Shown piece by piece: positions 28,100 to 36,471 of a DNA stretch of 50,202 bases. The stretch lies in IMG/VR virus record IMGVR_UViG_3300045988_017301; one strand, given 5' to 3'. The notes beneath the pieces were generated by a model, which saw nothing but the letters and a program-made list of their open reading frames with translations, was not told where the DNA came from and made no database searches. Source of the DNA: a virus. Position numbers and translations under genes: made by a program. The stretch's first letter is position 1. Each line of letters opens with the position of its first letter.

Positions 28100-28181
28100 T
28101 GTTTTGCTCCTCCTGTTCTACTGCATCTGGTCCTTCGCCGTATTCTTTGGCACATCTTTTACTGTCTGGGTGTAAAAACAT
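28092..28181 (-). CDS. Possible 29-aa peptide (MFLHPDSKRCAKEYGEGPDAVEQEEQNNG)
   Basis: GAGGGAG lies 6 nt upstream of the ATG, and an ATGGATAA overlap joins it to the HD gene start. Not in the ORF track. Confidence 0.3.
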   Translation of the reverse strand: MFLHPDSKRCAKEYGEGPDAVEQEEQNNG

Positions 28182-28221
28182 ACACGCTCCCTCTGTTATT
28201 TCGCACTCCCATCCGTGGTAC

Positions 28222-28845
28222 TCATCTGTTGGTATCGCTGCTTTGCATCCCATCTGCTTCCTCCTTATTCTTTAATCCCTCAGCCAGAATGTGGCACGCT
28301 CCGGCTGTGATGATCATTCTGCTTTCTGTTTCCCACTCTGGTTTCTTCTCCCAGATGTTCTGTTCCTGGTCTACAAGGAACTCTTTTGTCAGATCGTTAT
28401 AAATCTTCGGTGGCGGTCCGTCCTCATCGAAGCACTCCGGTGCTGCGTATAAGCAGCAGTGTTGTTGCCAGTAAGGTATCCACAGATTCCAGACTGCTAT
28501 TCTGATTTCTTCCACCACCTGTAGGAATTTCTCGACACTGTATTCCTTGTAGATTGTCCTGCCGAGTTCCTTGCCTGTTCCGGCTCTCCGTTTTTCCTCA
28601 AGCATTTCCTGTATCTGCTTTATGAGCACCTGTCCGGCATCATCGTTTTTTATAACGATGTCCTGTCTGATTCTCCTGCCGGAGATCTGATCCGCTACTT
28701 CCTTGATGCTATCCTTCAGTTCCCGGTACGGTTTCTTGTACTTGGTCTTTAGGAGTTCCTTTGGCACATTCTCGTCATTCTTTTTCAGTGTCTCCAGTAG
28801 CGATTTCAGCTTTTCTTCATCCTTTTGGATGCTTTCATCTTCCAT
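28222..28845 (-). CDS. Hypothetical protein
   Basis: ORF 28222..28854 begins at GTG. The ATG (MEDESIQ) at 28845 is more likely. Confidence 0.6.
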   Translation of the reverse strand: MEDESIQKDEEKLKSLLETLKKNDENVPKELLKTKYKKPYRELKDSIKEVADQISGRRIRQDIVIKNDDAGQVLIKQIQEMLEEKRRAGTGKELGRTIYKEYSVEKFLQVVEEIRIAVWNLWIPYWQQHCCLYAAPECFDEDGPPPKIYNDLTKEFLVDQEQNIWEKKPEWETESRMIITAGACHILAEGLKNKEEADGMQSSDTNR

Positions 28846-28859
28846 TCGCACCACCCTTT

Positions 28860-29289
28860 CTGTCTCCGAACACCTAATGCTCCATTTTTCTACCGCACAC
28901 CTACGTGTTCATTTAGGTGTGCGGTGCGAAACCCTTGATTTTATTGGCTTTATCGGGATTACTAAACACCTAACACCTAATTTTTGAAATACACCATGTT
29001 TTTTTAGTGATTTCTGTGACTACCCCTTCATGCAGTCACACAATTTTCCGTAAATACAATAAAAATAGTGATTTAGGTGTTTTAGGTGTTTAGATGTTAT
29101 TAAAAGCCTTGATTTTACTGGGTTTTTTACTAAACACCTAACCGAACACCTAACTAAACACCTAATTTTAGGTGTGCGGTTTTTTAAGTTTTTTTATAAC
29201 TTTTTAGCGATTTTGGTCACATAATTTCCAGTCACACAATTTTTTCTGCTCCATGGTTTTTGTGACTAAATCGCAAATTCTGTGACTAA
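28860..29289. repeat. Iteron cluster / putative replication origin
   Basis: At least 12 copies of (A)ACACCTAA / TTAGGTGT(T) in both orientations (e.g. 28869, 28965, 28972, 29073, 29082, 29133, 29144, 29155, 29168). An 11-bp inverted repeat CCGCACACCTA/TAGGTGTGCGG sits at 28893-28924. A second motif family, AGTCACACAATTTT (29034, 29230) and TGTGACTAA (29262, 29281), is present, along with AT-rich tracts. The cluster abuts the primase-helicase gene. Confidence 0.65.
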
Positions 29290-32036
29290 TTGAACGGAAG
29301 CTTATCTGCTTCCTCATCGGGTATGGTCTGCCATCCGTCACCCATTCCCGGCAGATTCATCTGCTGCGGTTTCATCTGCTCTGCGATTTCTTCCTCCTCC
29401 AGTAATGGGTCCTTTTCCTCTGCGAGGTCGCCCAGGTGGAATTCCACAAAGCGACAGTTTCGGTTGTTAAACCATTTTGTTACGGAGTTCTTGGTGCTGC
29501 CATCCTTAAGGACTGATACTCCGATCAGACCCTTATCTGCGAGGTATTTCAGTGTCTTTCTGGATGAGTACCCTGCTTTCGTGAGTGCCTGCGTCAGCAT
29601 GGATGGGAAGATGTATGCGTTCTTGTTCTGGATCATACCAAGGCACGTTCCGAAGGCTTTCTCCCCGAAGCTGTCCTTGTTTGACAGTATCCAGTCCACG
29701 ATGTACTGCGTGGCATTCTCGTTTACATCTCCGGTGTCTGCGTTCATCTGCTCCTGCAGGATGTTCCTTGCCATCTCTTTGGCTCTTTCCCATGATTCCG
29801 GGTCGATTTGCAGGTTTTCCGTGTTTGTTTTGGCTGATTCCGTATCAAATTCTCCATTTTCGTACCGTTTCAGCCATTCTCCGTTATTAAATACCCATGT
29901 GTCGATGATTGCGTCTGCCAGTGCCACCGCTGCGATGCCCGCTATGTGTGATCCGCTCTTTCCTTTACTGATCTGGTACACATACTGCATCATTTCATCG
30001 TATTTCTCCGTGATGCTTCTTTCGTCTGTGTGCAGGAGCATTCCGATGTAAGCCGGCCCTGCCCATCCGCAGTTCATTCCAGACTGCTGATGCATGACGG
30101 AGGCTTCCCTCTCATCGTCAAATGGTCCGCCGTATATTTCAAGCACACGGGTGCTTACACCTGTCTGCGATGTTTCTGTTGATAGTGGTTCTTCTCCGGT
30201 TGCCAGTGCCACGGTTCTCCATGTCTGTGTTGCCTGGATGCCACCGCTCTTTGCACCTCGTATCTTTCCTGTACCACTGGCGATCATGTACACGATTTTC
30301 TCCAGTGAGTTCTGGTTATTTCCTGCCAACTGTCGCTCATCAATTCCGAGCGGAAGGTCGCAGTAAAAGGATGCGGTTCTCTCTAAGCCTACCTGCGTTG
30401 CATTAAAATTTACCATCAGTCTTTCCGGGTCGCCCCATACGGAGAGTGCTGCCTTAAGTGCTGCGGTCTTTCCGCCTTTTGAACCGCCCCAGTTGTACAC
30501 GAAGAATATTCGCTGCTTTATGATCCGCAGGAGCGGTGCTGTGAAACTGGCCGCCAATATGAACCGGAACTTGTCTCTGCTTCGGTGTGGCTTTATCATT
30601 TTGAGCCAGTCCGCCATTGTTCCGTTCTGGCAGTATGCCGCTGCCATGCCCCTCTGCGATGGGTCAATGTCCAGAACGATATCCTTGTCATGCCCTGGCA
30701 CGAATCGCTTTCCGGATTGCCATCCGAATGTACTTGTGGAGTCTGCTTTCTTTATGATGTCTATGTTCTCGGCTTCCAGTGCCGCCAAGAATTTTACGAT
30801 GTGCTTTGCATTCTCCGATGTGACGGTGCATCCTAAGTCTGCCAGTGCTGTGATGGCTCTGGATGTGAAGATGGTGCTTCGTGGGTAGATTGCCTTGTGC
30901 CACTGCCCATCCCTCTTGAATGCTACCTCTATCTTTTCCTCTCCTGTTTCCATGCTCCGCAGTCGCTGCGTGATAATGATCGGGGTTCTGCATACCATGA
31001 CTGGTGCATACTTCTTTTCATCGATCACGCTGATTCCCTTTTCTGAATAAATCCAACCTTCCGGCTGCCTTAAGTTCACAGGTGCTCCCTCGACCGCTTC
31101 CGGGATGTTATCTTCCTCGATGTCTATCTGCTCTGCGTTGCTGATTGCTTTTCGGATCTTCTCGGCCGCTTCCTCTTTGCCATACTTCATATAAACTTCC
31201 GATGGGTCCTTGCATCCGAGTGTTCGACAGCTCCATTTGTATACTTCTCCTACGAACTTTCCTTCCCGGAGTGCCCTTGTGACTTTTGCGAGGAATGCTT
31301 CCCCACCCTTGTCCGGCTCTACATGGATGTAAAGTTTCAAATCCTGCAGGACTCCTGCCCAGTCTGCTCGCATCATGGACGCTCCCGGTATTCCGAGTGT
31401 GCTGATTCCCATGTACCACATGGACTGGGAATCGCTCTCGCCCTCGACCAGTGCTGCGTATCCGATATTCCTTATGGCTTCTATCTGCCATAATCCATAC
31501 ATACACAGCCTGTCTGTCTTTCCATATTCCCACCGGAACTGCTTTCCGCCGTATCTCTTACGGTGCAGTGCCAGATTTTTTTCTGCATCAAAGTATGGTA
31601 TGTATAAATACTGGACTCCGTTTCGGTCTTTCTTTGTCTGCAGGCAGCATTGCTCTTTCAGCCAGTCCTCTGGGAGACGCTTCTCGAATGAATACTGGGA
31701 CACGGTGTAGTGATCCAGTCCTGGTTTCTTCTCTTTTGGTTTCTCCTGCGGCTCATTCAATGCTCCATACTTTTCCAGTATCTGCTTATAGGCTTCCTTG
31801 GTATCCAGTCCATTCAGCTTTGCATAAAATGTGACGAAGTTTCCGCCCTCATCCTCTGCGAAGCAGTGCCACATTCCGGTCTTTAAGTCTACCGAGAATG
31901 AATTTGCACGGTCGTCATGGAACGGACACAGACCTGTGAGGTTGTCGCCTGTGATCTTGTGCTTTTTGATAACGGAGCAGTATTCAGTTTTATAATCTAC
32001 CAGACGGTCTAAATCGACCTCCGCTGCCTGCTGCAT
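29286..32036 (-). CDS. Bifunctional DNA primase / SF3-type helicase (CHC2 zinc finger + Toprim + DUF927/D5-like NTPase)
   Basis: CPFHDDRANSFSV zinc finger; ..ALVEGESDSQS.. Toprim; ..NWGGSKGGKTAALKAA.. Walker A. 916 aa. Confidence 0.85.
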   Translation of the reverse strand: MQQAAEVDLDRLVDYKTEYCSVIKKHKITGDNLTGLCPFHDDRANSFSVDLKTGMWHCFAEDEGGNFVTFYAKLNGLDTKEAYKQILEKYGALNEPQEKPKEKKPGLDHYTVSQYSFEKRLPEDWLKEQCCLQTKKDRNGVQYLYIPYFDAEKNLALHRKRYGGKQFRWEYGKTDRLCMYGLWQIEAIRNIGYAALVEGESDSQSMWYMGISTLGIPGASMMRADWAGVLQDLKLYIHVEPDKGGEAFLAKVTRALREGKFVGEVYKWSCRTLGCKDPSEVYMKYGKEEAAEKIRKAISNAEQIDIEEDNIPEAVEGAPVNLRQPEGWIYSEKGISVIDEKKYAPVMVCRTPIIITQRLRSMETGEEKIEVAFKRDGQWHKAIYPRSTIFTSRAITALADLGCTVTSENAKHIVKFLAALEAENIDIIKKADSTSTFGWQSGKRFVPGHDKDIVLDIDPSQRGMAAAYCQNGTMADWLKMIKPHRSRDKFRFILAASFTAPLLRIIKQRIFFVYNWGGSKGGKTAALKAALSVWGDPERLMVNFNATQVGLERTASFYCDLPLGIDERQLAGNNQNSLEKIVYMIASGTGKIRGAKSGGIQATQTWRTVALATGEEPLSTETSQTGVSTRVLEIYGGPFDDEREASVMHQQSGMNCGWAGPAYIGMLLHTDERSITEKYDEMMQYVYQISKGKSGSHIAGIAAVALADAIIDTWVFNNGEWLKRYENGEFDTESAKTNTENLQIDPESWERAKEMARNILQEQMNADTGDVNENATQYIVDWILSNKDSFGEKAFGTCLGMIQNKNAYIFPSMLTQALTKAGYSSRKTLKYLADKGLIGVSVLKDGSTKNSVTKWFNNRNCRFVEFHLGDLAEEKDPLLEEEEIAEQMKPQQMNLPGMGDGWQTIPDEEADKLPFN

Positions 32037-32037
32037 A

Positions 32038-32673
32038 TTATCGCTCCAATCTACTAAGTATTACCTGTTCCAGTCCAAGTCTTGTGAAATTGATTGACTT
32101 GCCCTGCATCATGAGTTTGTTCGTCATGTAGTCGATCTCCTCATTCATTCCCTCGCTGATCACATTATCCACGGTCACTACGAGGAATTCCTTACACTGC
32201 ATCATCAGACGCTTGCCTGCTTCCATTCCGAAGTATCTCTCTCCGGCGATGGAGTCATCCATAAATCGTGGGAAGTAAAGGTGTGGTGCAATCGGTATCT
32301 TTCCTTCACTGACTACCTTGTTTGCTGCCCACTTCGCCACTCTGATGTTTTCTTCCAGTTCCTCTCTGGTATCTGCCCTGTATCTGCTGCAGATATAGCA
32401 CATCGGCATGAGTGCCGGATTTCTATTCTGTAACTCTCCCGGATAGCACTGTCCTGCGTACTTCCATGGCGAGTATCTGTTCTCTTTGTATATGGTGTCA
32501 TAGATTGGCAGATTGCCTACGATGTCTGCGACCTCGCTCATCTGGATCATAGTATCCGTCTGGTTTCCTGCGTTCTCTCTAAAGTTGTAAACCATAGCCG
32601 CTTCCACGATATCTCCCGGCATTAAGCATTCGTCATCGTATCTGCCGGTCCAGTTATCAAATAATATCTGCAT
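32038..32673 (-). CDS. Nucleoside 2-deoxyribosyltransferase-like (DUF4406-type) protein
   Basis: The C-terminal half ..CYICSRYRADTREELEENIRVAKWAANKVVSEGKIPIAPHLYF.. resembles that family. Confidence 0.4.
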   Translation of the reverse strand: MQILFDNWTGRYDDECLMPGDIVEAAMVYNFRENAGNQTDTMIQMSEVADIVGNLPIYDTIYKENRYSPWKYAGQCYPGELQNRNPALMPMCYICSRYRADTREELEENIRVAKWAANKVVSEGKIPIAPHLYFPRFMDDSIAGERYFGMEAGKRLMMQCKEFLVVTVDNVISEGMNEEIDYMTNKLMMQGKSINFTRLGLEQVILSRLER

Positions 32674-32791
32674 ACTGTGCCTCCTTTATATTGGTGCGGT
32701 TTTGCACCTTGCACGAGTCGGAGTCGAACCGATCCGTTTGAGGACTCGAACCTCGCTGCACCGCACTGGATGGCCGCCACCCATATCTGCC
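32674..32791 (-). ncRNA. Structured intergenic element with two tRNA T-arm-like hairpins. Not a canonical tRNA.
   Basis: Minus strand ..GAGGTTCGAGTCCTC..aaacgga..TCGGTTCGACTCCGA.., plus the 7-bp long-range pair GTGCGGT/ACCGCAC and the terminal hairpin GGTGCaaaaccGCACC. Confidence 0.35.
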
Positions 32792-33574
32792 TTAGTTGAA
32801 TGGCAGATTTGCATCTCCGTCCACACTCTGGAAGTCTGCTGCATCCACGGCGGCTCCTGTGTTATAGTCTGCTTCATCAATATCCGGGATATTGTCCGCC
32901 TGTGCCTTGATCATCTCCACCATTGCCTTTGTTTCGGCTCTCTGTTCGTCCGTCAGCTTACTCACAAATGCGAAGGCTGCTCTGGAGTACGTGATGCCGT
33001 CTGCTGACTTTTCCTTCTTCAGCGTGATCTTGGTTACGGCATCGTAGCAGCGGAGTCCTTTGAGGAGGATTCGCTTGCCGATGTAATCTCTGATGTATTT
33101 CAGAGAGGTTGGCGGTAAAGCGAGGATAATCGGTACAGGGTTGCCTTCCTGCAGGATGTAACATCTGTGAATGTTCTTGCAGGCTTTTCCAGATCCGTTC
33201 TTTCCGCTTCCGAACTGGTTATGCGGACACTTGCTGCAATCATGGATTTCCCCAGTCTCACGCTCCACTCCCTGCTTTCCGTCATGGCTTGAGCAGTCCG
33301 GCTGAACATTGCCGCCTGCGTATTCCTCTTTCCAGTATGCGTTTACCGGATGATGATGGATAAGAACTCCGGTGAGGTCTGTACTCATTACAGGCTCATC
33401 CTCAGTCTCTCCCGGCAGTTCAAATGCCAGACCGCCACCGCTTGGAATCTTTGCTCTCTCAAATGGAAGAGTGCCGAGACCATCCAGTTCTTCTGCTACT
33501 GCTTCCTTCAGTTCTCCGGTCAGCGTGACCAGATTGAAATTCTTTTCTGTTGTTGCTACCTCATTCTTTGCCAT
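32792..33574 (-). CDS. Replication-module protein with a Cys cluster and an SSB-tip-like C-terminus. Possible ssDNA-binding or accessory protein.
   Basis: 260 aa. ..PDCSSHDG..CSKCPHNQFGSG..GKACKN.. It ends ..DGDANLPFN. Confidence 0.55.
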   Translation of the reverse strand: MAKNEVATTEKNFNLVTLTGELKEAVAEELDGLGTLPFERAKIPSGGGLAFELPGETEDEPVMSTDLTGVLIHHHPVNAYWKEEYAGGNVQPDCSSHDGKQGVERETGEIHDCSKCPHNQFGSGKNGSGKACKNIHRCYILQEGNPVPIILALPPTSLKYIRDYIGKRILLKGLRCYDAVTKITLKKEKSADGITYSRAAFAFVSKLTDEQRAETKAMVEMIKAQADNIPDIDEADYNTGAAVDAADFQSVDGDANLPFN

Positions 33575-33577
33575 GTC

Positions 33578-34057
33578 TTATTCCTCCATTTCCTCTGCAT
33601 CTTCTTTGTTATTGTCTGCTTCCTCGAAGCCATCATCCTCTGACGCTCCTGCTTCCTGCTCGTCCATGTATTCTTCCATCGGTGTCGGCTTTCCGCTCTC
33701 TCCGTAGTAGAGGTCGTCCATGATCCTCTGTGCCTGCGCTGCCAGTTTGATGGACTCCACAGCTACCTCAACCGCTGAATTGTAAAGGCTGCCGATTACA
33801 TTGAGGACATCGCCGTCTCCATTCGGCAGGAGTTTTAAGAGGTCATCCATATCTGTCTTGGTTGATTTCATCTTGCCCTGCAGGGACGCATATCCCTCTG
33901 CTGCGATGCCGTATCCCTCATGGCGGTTCTTTACCTTGGTCGGGTGCTGATACTCCATAATCTGCCCCAGTGCGAACTTGGCAGTCGCCTGCATATTCTC
34001 TTTAAGGTCACGGTCACTTTCCAGTGTGATGTCAATTTCCATCTGTTCGTAGTCCAT
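33578..34057 (-). CDS. Hypothetical acidic protein
   Basis: 159-aa ORF with an acidic C-terminal tail. Confidence 0.6.
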   Translation of the reverse strand: MDYEQMEIDITLESDRDLKENMQATAKFALGQIMEYQHPTKVKNRHEGYGIAAEGYASLQGKMKSTKTDMDDLLKLLPNGDGDVLNVIGSLYNSAVEVAVESIKLAAQAQRIMDDLYYGESGKPTPMEEYMDEQEAGASEDDGFEEADNNKEDAEEMEE

Positions 34058-34059
34058 CT

Positions 34060-34530
34060 TTATACCTCCTGTGCTTTCTTTGCTCTGTTCAGAGCCTTGG
34101 TGTTGGCTTTTCTCTTGGATACCTTAAGTTCCGAATAAACGGAGAGTACCTCTGCCATTTCTTCCGGCAGTTCTCCATCGTTCTCGGCCGCCAGATTGTT
34201 CATCGCAGAGTCGAGGGTTCGTGGATCTACTCTTTCCGTGATGAGGTGTCCGAATCCCTGCTCTCTCAAGACATCGAAGAATACCAGACCTTTTTCCATC
34301 AGCTTTTCTTCTGAAATCTTGGAGTATCTCGTTTTCTCCTGCAGGCTGTACTTGAAGCCATCCACCGTAGTATCCGGCTTTTCCTCGTCCACCATCTGCT
34401 GTGCGATTTCCTGTTCGAGGTTTTTGAGTTCCTCATTGTTTGCCTTGGTCTGCTCTGCTAATTCATCTTTCTTGTCGAGCAGTACCTTGAAGGCCCTGAC
34501 CTTGTCGTCTAATGTTGTGACTGTTTCCAT
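34060..34530 (-). CDS. Coiled-coil protein, Gp157- or Gam-like
   Basis: 156 aa, with an N-terminal coiled coil. The family assignment is tentative. Confidence 0.5.
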   Translation of the reverse strand: METVTTLDDKVRAFKVLLDKKDELAEQTKANNEELKNLEQEIAQQMVDEEKPDTTVDGFKYSLQEKTRYSKISEEKLMEKGLVFFDVLREQGFGHLITERVDPRTLDSAMNNLAAENDGELPEEMAEVLSVYSELKVSKRKANTKALNRAKKAQEV

Positions 34531-34551
34531 GTTGTTGCTCCTCCTTTGGTT

Positions 34552-35118
34552 TTATAATTCATTTCCCCACTGGTCCCAACCGTCACGCTCCGCCCTTGCG
34601 AAGAGTTCCAGTTTCTTTGCCTGTGGGAAAAATGTTTCTAACATCTGATAGGCACATTCCGGCTTCTGGCTGTGATGCCGTTTGCTGTTCTCTCTGAGTA
34701 CCGTGGAAAAAGATCCACGCTTGTCCTTGTCTGGGAGGATGATATTTCCCTTTTTGTAGAACCAGAGCAGATACTCATGTGCGAAGCGCACCGTGTAGGC
34801 GGGTGCCGGCCCGTTGCCCTTATCCCATATCAGCCTTGCGTGGAGTTTATATCCAAGCAGGCTCATGATTTCCTCTGTCTGCGGCAGGTACTTGTCTATC
34901 GTCCACATGAATACATTGTGCTTTTTATTCATGAGTTCGTTTGTGACATAGCGGTGCAGTTCCATAATTCCGGGGACGTCCATTGTCTCGTATGGTACTG
35001 TCGTTCCGGTACTGTTCGGTCTGGCCGCTTTCTTTCCTCCCCTGCCTTGCTGCCAAGGTGGGTCCGTGTAGAGGATGTCGTATTTACTTTCTGGGTTAAA
35101 AATATCAATCTTTGCCAT
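34552..35118 (-). CDS. MT-A70 family N6-adenine DNA methyltransferase
   Basis: ..ILYTDPPWQQ.. (the DPPW motif) and the C-terminal ..HSQKPE.. motif. Confidence 0.85.
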   Translation of the reverse strand: MAKIDIFNPESKYDILYTDPPWQQGRGGKKAARPNSTGTTVPYETMDVPGIMELHRYVTNELMNKKHNVFMWTIDKYLPQTEEIMSLLGYKLHARLIWDKGNGPAPAYTVRFAHEYLLWFYKKGNIILPDKDKRGSFSTVLRENSKRHHSQKPECAYQMLETFFPQAKKLELFARAERDGWDQWGNEL

Positions 35119-35332
35119 TGCGATACCTCTCGTCCTGCTGTTCCTGGTACTCTTTCATTGTTGGACGTTTTCCGTCTAAATCATCCCATGTGTATAAGCA
35201 ATGATTCTCGTCCTGCCAGTTTGCTTTGTAACAATTCCTGCAAGTACATCTTCCCGACAGCCATCTCATTTCTCCCCAGTATTCTGGCTTACCGCACTGC
35301 TTGCAGATTACGATTTTGTCCATATCAATCAC
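35105..35332 (-). CDS. Small zinc-finger protein
   Basis: CKQCGK..(13)..CTCRNC pattern. 75 aa. Confidence 0.6.
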   Translation of the reverse strand: MIDMDKIVICKQCGKPEYWGEMRWLSGRCTCRNCYKANWQDENHCLYTWDDLDGKRPTMKEYQEQQDERYRNGKD

Positions 35333-36471
35333 TCCAATTCTTCAATGAGGTTTCTGATTTCCACCTGCGCTTCTGGCGGAAGTTTTTCAGCGTAAATGTC
35401 ATACCATCTATTGAATTTATCCTTTAAGGTCATAACACTGGCGCATGGTATTTCCATAAGTGTTTTAATACGCTTTTCCTTTTCCTCTTTAAGCAACTTC
35501 GCTACTCCGGATGGAACTACTACCGGATTTCCACCATATGCTTTGACTTTTTTCACATCTTCCTGTGAGTCTACTGGGATGGAGTATGGCTGTGGATTTT
35601 GACTATCAAACGATTCTATTAGCATTTCCTGTACTTTTTTCACATCGTTTTTGTAAGTATTGAACTCAAAATGATATACATCATCCGCACGTTCCTCAAT
35701 CATTTTCCTAACCTGCTCTATTGGAATGTCTCCCTTTACCATTGCTTCAGCAATCATAAGAGATGTAATTTCTTCAACATTCCAACTATCGCAAGTCTTT
35801 CGGTCACGCTCCAGTCGTATGTATTTAGGCTTAAAGTTGTACCCGTATTTCAAATCACTGTTGCAATCCACGAACAATCCATTGACATATACTTCTCCGG
35901 CATATTCTTCATCCAAGATAATTTCGCCGTACCCTGTCTCGGCTTTGCTATAATCGCAGTTCTCCAAATGAAGCCACACCTTGTATAAATTATTGAATTC
36001 CTCGTGTGTAACATTTCCAACTTCGATACATAAACCAGAGTTATCTGTATCATGCTTGTACACATAAAATGCGAGTATCTTTTCCAACCATTTTTCAGAG
36101 TTTTTAAATCTGGACTCCCATATTTCCCCTTTTTCATTGTTGTAAATCGTGAAGGTTTTCCCCAGTCTGTTCAAAACAAGAGCAGCAATTTTATAACCTT
36201 CTCCAAACTGTCCAACTGTGTCCTCATTGTTTGCTTTGCTGCTTCGTCCTAAAAGCAGGGTATTTATCTTAAGGACAGATTTTTGATTTACAAGTCTGAG
36301 TGTTTTTTCTTTTTCGTTGTAAATAATCTGGAACTTATTCTCCTTATCCAGTACCTCTTGGTCTGTGCCATTCTGGATTAATTCTCTAAGCGCATCATTA
36401 AAAGTCCAATCTGACACATAATTTGGTGTCAGTGTTAATTCATAGCATTTTGCATCTATATCTTTCTTCAT
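35329..36471 (-). CDS. GHKL/MORC-like ATPase-fold protein (HATPase_c_3-type)
   Basis: ALRELIQNGTDQ (N-box) and ..GRSSKANNEDTVGQFGEGYKIAALV.. (G2 box). The G1 box looks degenerate. Start set at MKKDID (TAATG overlap with the SNF2 stop). Locally lower G+C. Confidence 0.6.
   Translation of the reverse strand: MKKDIDAKCYELTLTPNYVSDWTFNDALRELIQNGTDQEVLDKENKFQIIYNEKEKTLRLVNQKSVLKINTLLLGRSSKANNEDTVGQFGEGYKIAALVLNRLGKTFTIYNNEKGEIWESRFKNSEKWLEKILAFYVYKHDTDNSGLCIEVGNVTHEEFNNLYKVWLHLENCDYSKAETGYGEIILDEEYAGEVYVNGLFVDCNSDLKYGYNFKPKYIRLERDRKTCDSWNVEEITSLMIAEAMVKGDIPIEQVRKMIEERADDVYHFEFNTYKNDVKKVQEMLIESFDSQNPQPYSIPVDSQEDVKKVKAYGGNPVVVPSGVAKLLKEEKEKRIKTLMEIPCASVMTLKDKFNRWYDIYAEKLPPEAQVEIRNLIEELE

Noticed and set aside
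28860-29289. A CRISPR array
   Set aside because: The repeats are only 8-11 bp, occur in both orientations and have irregular or zero spacing. The pattern fits iterons, not repeat-spacer units.
32674-32791. A canonical tRNA gene, suggested by GGTTCGAGTCC and GGTTCGACTCC
   Set aside because: No register gives a 7-bp acceptor stem together with D, anticodon and T arms. The candidate anticodon loop would have a pyrimidine at position 37, and the would-be T arm has a 3-nt loop. It is kept only as an unclassified structured element.
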